Below are positions 61,913-64,000 of a stretch of DNA of 64,000 nt, piece after piece (position 1 is the first letter of the stretch; each line of letters begins with the position of its first letter). This DNA is from Tubulanus polymorphus (lineage: Eukaryota > Animalia > Nemertea), in the NCBI RefSeq assembly GCF_964204645.1, contig NC_134032.1, forward strand, positions 11,954,275 to 12,018,274. The letters are read 5' to 3'. Below the pieces are notes generated by a model that saw nothing but the letters and a program-made list of their open reading frames with translations, had not been told where the DNA came from and made no database searches. The translations under genes and the position numbers were made by a program.

Positions 61913-62589
61913 AGGCCTTTTTATGAACCAGCAAAATCGAAATAGATTAGCTATTTAGATTATATAGCCGATTAGTGTCAATTAGCATAACCGGGTATGT
62001 TGGTTGATAAAAACGCCATGTATAAATTATTCAATTATGGCCTACTCAGCAGCGACTTCTACCGAGAACACCATAGGCCTTTTTATGAACACTCGATTAG
62101 TATATTCGAGTATGCAAAACGTTTTTATGAGCATGGATTATGTCATAATCCGTCATTTTTATGAACATTGGTTATCATAATCGATTAGCATACTCAGCAT
62201 ACTCGCTCGGCGAGCAAGTATGCCGATTATCTAATCCAACCGATATGGTGTTCTCGGTAGAAGTCGCTGCTGAGTAGGCCATAATTGAATAATTTATACC
62301 TGGCGTTTTTATCAACCAACATACCCGGTTATGCTAATTGACACTAATCGGCTATATAATCTAAATAGCTAATCTATTTCGATTTTGCTGGTTCATAAAA
62401 AGGCCTCATATCGGTTGGATTAATTAGATAATCGGCATAGGCCTACTTGCTCGCCGAGCGAGTATGCTGAGTATGCTAATCGATTATGATAACCAATGTT
62501 CATAAAAATGACGGATTATGACATAATCTATGCTCATAAAAACGTTTTGCATACTCGAATATACTAATCGAGTGTTCATAAAAAGGCCT
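61913..62589. mobile_element. Harbinger-like MITE with an inverted copy of itself nested inside (62075-62406)
   Basis: TIR AGGCCTTTTTATGAAC; outer TSD TTA/TTA, inner TSD CAT/CAT. Confidence 0.9.
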
Positions 62590-63201
62590 TTAATAAGGCC
62601 ATATGAAATAGATTACTTGATTCCCAACAGCTACTTCCGAATTTATCAGCCGCCGCCAGTTTTTTTTTCTTAAATTCTAGAATAATTTATAAATTATACC
62701 GACCGATAGCACTTCAGTTAAAGATTCACACCAACAGGTCTTCATATCATAGAAACCGCGTAAACATTTACTAATGGAATTAGCTTATTAGTCACAACTA
62801 CGTTTAAATACAAGGACAGTTCATGCACTCCGAGATAACTAACTCACATCATGGCCACGAGGAAAGCGGTCTATTTGAGTCATTGGGGGAAAACCCTAAT
62901 TTCTAAATGCCTATTTCTCAAAATTGAAGGAGTTTCGATCAAGCACCTTTTAATAGCTTTTTCAGTTTAAAAGGAGTCTTTTAGGAATCAAGGACATGGG
63001 GACCCTAAGGAATCAAGGAGTCATATGGGGACCCATAATTATTTTTATGTTGTTAGTAAAGGCGTCGCGCCCGCTGATACTGATCCTTAACAACAGCCAA
63101 TTCAATGTTTATCGGAACTCTATAGTGGATAAATAAACAACATCAACACAAAATATTTCTGTGATATTTTGAATTTATTTGCAGTTTAAATTTAGCGCCA
63201 T

Positions 63202-63230
63202 TCTCGCGAGATTGTCAACAACCCGGAAGT
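63202..63230. promoter_or_regulatory. TCTCGCGAGA (CGCG/BANP-type) palindrome plus ETS site CCGGAAGT
   Basis: Exact motifs at 63202-63211 and 63223-63230. Confidence 0.55.
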
Positions 63231-63737
63231 AAAATCCAAGCCAGTTTACAAGACCTGTGCTGTGGACTGAATGAAATAAAAAGGGAATACGCATTTTCGG
63301 GCCCTTTGGCTTTGGCTTTGCTTTCCTGTCCAGGTTGTGAAGATATAAGGTTGAGACTCGAACACCGCGTAAACAACACCAACTCAATAACCAAAACCAA
63401 AAAAACTATGTTATTAATTTAAATTTCATACTTTATTTGATTTAGAAAGAGGCTTCGTGTGGATAACCCAATGTGGAAATGGAATTTAGCGCTGAAGCGC
63501 GGCCTTGGTTTATTGAACGGAACACTTCGGCAGTTTCCGCCAGAATAACCGAGTCCGAGGATCACGTTTTTCATAAAACACAAATAGTATGTCAAATTCC
63601 CATAATAATAAAATTTAATAGATATAATGATTTAGATTTCAGTTAAGGTTTATTTCGTAGAAAATTTTTTTCGGTTTTAAAATGGTTTTGGATATATTTA
63701 TTTACACTCAGCAGGGTGGTAGAGATTAACTGTTTCG

Positions 63738-63764
63738 GTACCCATAGCGACGGTTCCTAACAAC
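63738..63764 (+). promoter_or_regulatory. Two adjacent RFX X-box-like sites
   Basis: GTACCCATAGCGAC and GGTTCCTAACAAC about 100 bp upstream of the ATG of a ciliary gene. Confidence 0.55.
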
Positions 63765-63853
63765 TACCAGCACCACACTGTACTGCCGAATCCTGTTAGC
63801 ATAGCGCTCAAAAATATCGAATAAACAACTTTTCTCGACGAGGACACTCCGCG

Positions 63854-63901
63854 ATGGAAGGTTTACCTGTTTTACCCGGCAATAGTTTCAGAGATCCAAC
63901 G
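63854..63901 (+). CDS. EFHC1: EF-hand domain-containing protein 1 (EFHC1/Rib72-like), first coding exon; gene continues beyond the window
   Basis: MEGLPVLPGNSFRDPT|GTAAGT resembles the EFHC1 N-terminus GLPFLPGTSFKDST. EFHC2 (LPLLPGNSF) is not fully excluded from 16 aa. Confidence 0.75.
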
Positions 63902-64000
63902 GTAAGTCTTCAGAAATTAAGTTTTTAGCAGATTCGATGAATCAAATTAAATCAAATTGAATTTTATTCCTTCTCTTTGACTGACTTCGTTCTTGTGATC

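Noticed and set aside
1-64000. tRNA, rRNA, snRNA or telomerase RNA genes
   Set aside because: No cloverleaf, conserved snRNA/rRNA block or telomerase template in a suitable context was seen by eye. A covariance-model scan would be needed to exclude them fully.

Overview
AT-rich, intron-containing animal (invertebrate) genomic DNA. The taxon cannot be fixed from the sequence; a spiralian is only a guess. Most real genes are multi-exon and were rebuilt by hand from splice sites and reading-frame phase. In order: (1) a rhodopsin-class peptide-receptor-like GPCR with one coding exon (-, 1725-2756). (2) A four-exon secreted cysteine-rich protein with two resistin/PCSK9-C-terminal-like modules, which the ORF track misses (-, ~5327-7380). 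(3) A 20-finger C2H2 zinc-finger gene (+, CDS 11164-11275 + 12134-14697). (4) A complete 13-exon gamma-syntrophin (-, 18838-47307, 486 aa) with a possible alternative first exon. (5) A decayed minus-strand array of ten exon-like units with intact splice sites but broken frames (55997-59169), inside a duplicated AT-rich block. (6) The first coding exon of an EFHC1/Rib72-like ciliary gene with X-boxes at the right edge. Introns are full of MITEs (PIF/Harbinger-, piggyBac-, Tc1/mariner- and hAT-like), MITE-seeded minisatellites and large palindromes. They also hold six minimal hammerhead-ribozyme motifs of the Penelope-like-element type at five loci, including a back-to-back pair in a palindrome with 116-bp arms. 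No tRNA, rRNA or CRISPR array was found.
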